The notes under the pieces: generated by a model | What the model saw: the letters and a program-made list of their open reading frames with translations, nothing else | What the model was told of the DNA's origin: nothing | Database searches by the model: none | In this document: positions 6,351 to 7,271 of the stretch, one piece after another | How positions within the stretch are numbered: position 1 is the stretch's first letter | How the letters are laid out: every line of letters starts with the position of its first letter | Source of the DNA: a virus | Lineage: Duplodnaviria > Heunggongvirae > Uroviricota > Caudoviricetes | Reading direction: 5' to 3' (one strand) | Virus record (IMG/VR): IMGVR_UViG_2548876942_000003 | Location: 1-7,271 of that record | Length of the DNA stretch: 7,271 bases | Position numbers and translations under genes: made by a program

Positions 6351-6426
6351 TTGTGAAATCTAAGCGCAAGGGAAAATTAACAGCAGCAAAGAAAACACAA
6401 CCTAGCACCATTCATTTGGGGGTCTT

Positions 6427-7233
6427 ATGACAATTAAGAAACTCGATGATGGTCGTTATGAAGTGGACATCAGACCTGCAGGGCGCAACGGAAAGCGCAT
6501 CCGCAGGAAATTTGACAAGAAAAGTGAGGCTGTAGCTTTTGAGAAACACACTCAATACAACCATCACGATAAAGAATGGTTGGCTAAACCGACAGATAAG
6601 CGGCATCTGTCTGAATTAACGAAAGTCTGGTGGGATCTGAAAGGCAAGCATGAAGAACACGGAAAATCTAATTTGGGTAAGATTGAAATCTTTACCCGGA
6701 TCACTGATGACCCTTGCGCGTTCCAGATAACCAAAGCGCTTATTAGCCAGTACAGCATGACTCGCAGAGGGCAAGGCATAAAACCGGCCAGTATTAACCG
6801 CGATCTTACCTGCCTGAGTGGTATGTTTACTGCGCTAATTGATGCGGAATTGTTCTTTGGTGAACATCCTTTCAGAGGGATGAAAAAGCTCAAGGAGCAG
6901 AAACCAGAAACCGGCTATCTGACGCAGGAAGAAATAACATTGTTGCTTGCCAATCTTGACGGGGACAACAAGAAAATCGCGATTCTCTGTTTAAGTACCG
7001 GCGCTCGATGGGGTGAGGCCGCGAAACTGAAAGCTGAGAACGTAATACAGAATCGGGTGACGTTCGTTAAAACAAAGACGAACAAACCGCGTACTGTCCC
7101 TATCTCTGAGGAAGTGGCTGTAATGATTGCGGGTAAAGGTTATCTGTTCCCTGATGCCTCATACCCGAAGTTCAGGCGAACAATGAAAGATGTAAAACCA
7201 GATCTACCGGACGGGCGTAAGCGTACAGCCTGA
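6427..7233 (+). CDS. int: P2-type tyrosine integrase, N-terminal 268 codons only; the C-terminal catalytic region (HxLRH box and active-site Tyr) is not encoded before the in-frame stop, so likely truncated or disrupted
   Basis: ATG at 6427. The translation matches the P2 Int N-terminal and core-binding region as recalled (MTIKKLDDGRYEVDIRPAGRNGKRIRRKFDKKSEAVAFEK ... LSTGARWGEAAKLKAEN ... VTFVKTKTNKPRTVPIS) up to ...KPDLP (about 7213). It then diverges and hits TGA at 7231-7233. P2 Int is 337 aa, and none of the three forward frames after 7210 encodes an HxLRH-like motif. Confidence 0.75.
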   Translation: MTIKKLDDGRYEVDIRPAGRNGKRIRRKFDKKSEAVAFEKHTQYNHHDKEWLAKPTDKRHLSELTKVWWDLKGKHEEHGKSNLGKIEIFTRITDDPCAFQITKALISQYSMTRRGQGIKPASINRDLTCLSGMFTALIDAELFFGEHPFRGMKKLKEQKPETGYLTQEEITLLLANLDGDNKKIAILCLSTGARWGEAAKLKAENVIQNRVTFVKTKTNKPRTVPISEEVAVMIAGKGYLFPDASYPKFRRTMKDVKPDLPDGRKRTA

Positions 7234-7271
7234 ACCGTCTGGTCAGAATCTGACGAATTAGACAAAGTGGT

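Noticed and set aside
6170-6893. ORFs 6170-6430 (+), 6412-6606 (-) and 6564-6893 (-) around the C-int spacer and inside int
   Set aside because: They overlap the C 3' end or the integrase frame, which are supported by strong family similarity; no ribosome-binding sites.
7213-7271. Possible IS-element terminus at the point where int diverges
   Set aside because: I could not recognise any known IS terminal inverted repeat in the 60 bp available. An insertion remains possible but is unsupported from this window.
1-7271. Depletion of GATC sites as a restriction-avoidance signature
   Set aside because: GATC occurs at roughly the frequency expected by chance throughout the window, so there is no evidence of avoidance.
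1-7271. CRISPR arrays, tRNA or rRNA genes
   Set aside because: No regularly spaced direct repeats and no tRNA-like or rRNA-like sequence were seen on manual inspection.

Overview
This window is the lysogeny/early-replication module of a P2-family (Peduovirus-like) enterobacterial prophage, read here in inverted orientation. Calls rest on reading the supplied ORF translations, recalled family motifs and manual scanning; no database search was possible. Map: the window starts about 390 bp beyond the 3' end of replication gene A, in an AT-rich flank. The early operon runs leftward on the minus strand from Pe: cox (5858->5583), an AT-rich 115-aa ORF, two small unknown ORFs, a Dam-type adenine methyltransferase (3893->3003) and the HUH rolling-circle initiator A (3006->394). 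Divergent from cox, on the plus strand, are the 99-aa C-type immunity repressor (5982-6281) and a P2-type tyrosine integrase ORF (6427-7233) that stops after 268 codons without the C-terminal catalytic motifs. The most unusual part is a low-GC insertion at about 4663-5582 inside the early operon. It holds a plus-strand gene (4729-5208, tandem YegP/DUF1508-like repeats) antisense to the operon and the 115-aa ORF (5213-5560) just downstream of cox; these are candidate moron / defence or anti-defence cargo. No tRNA, rRNA, CRISPR array or recognisable IS element was seen.
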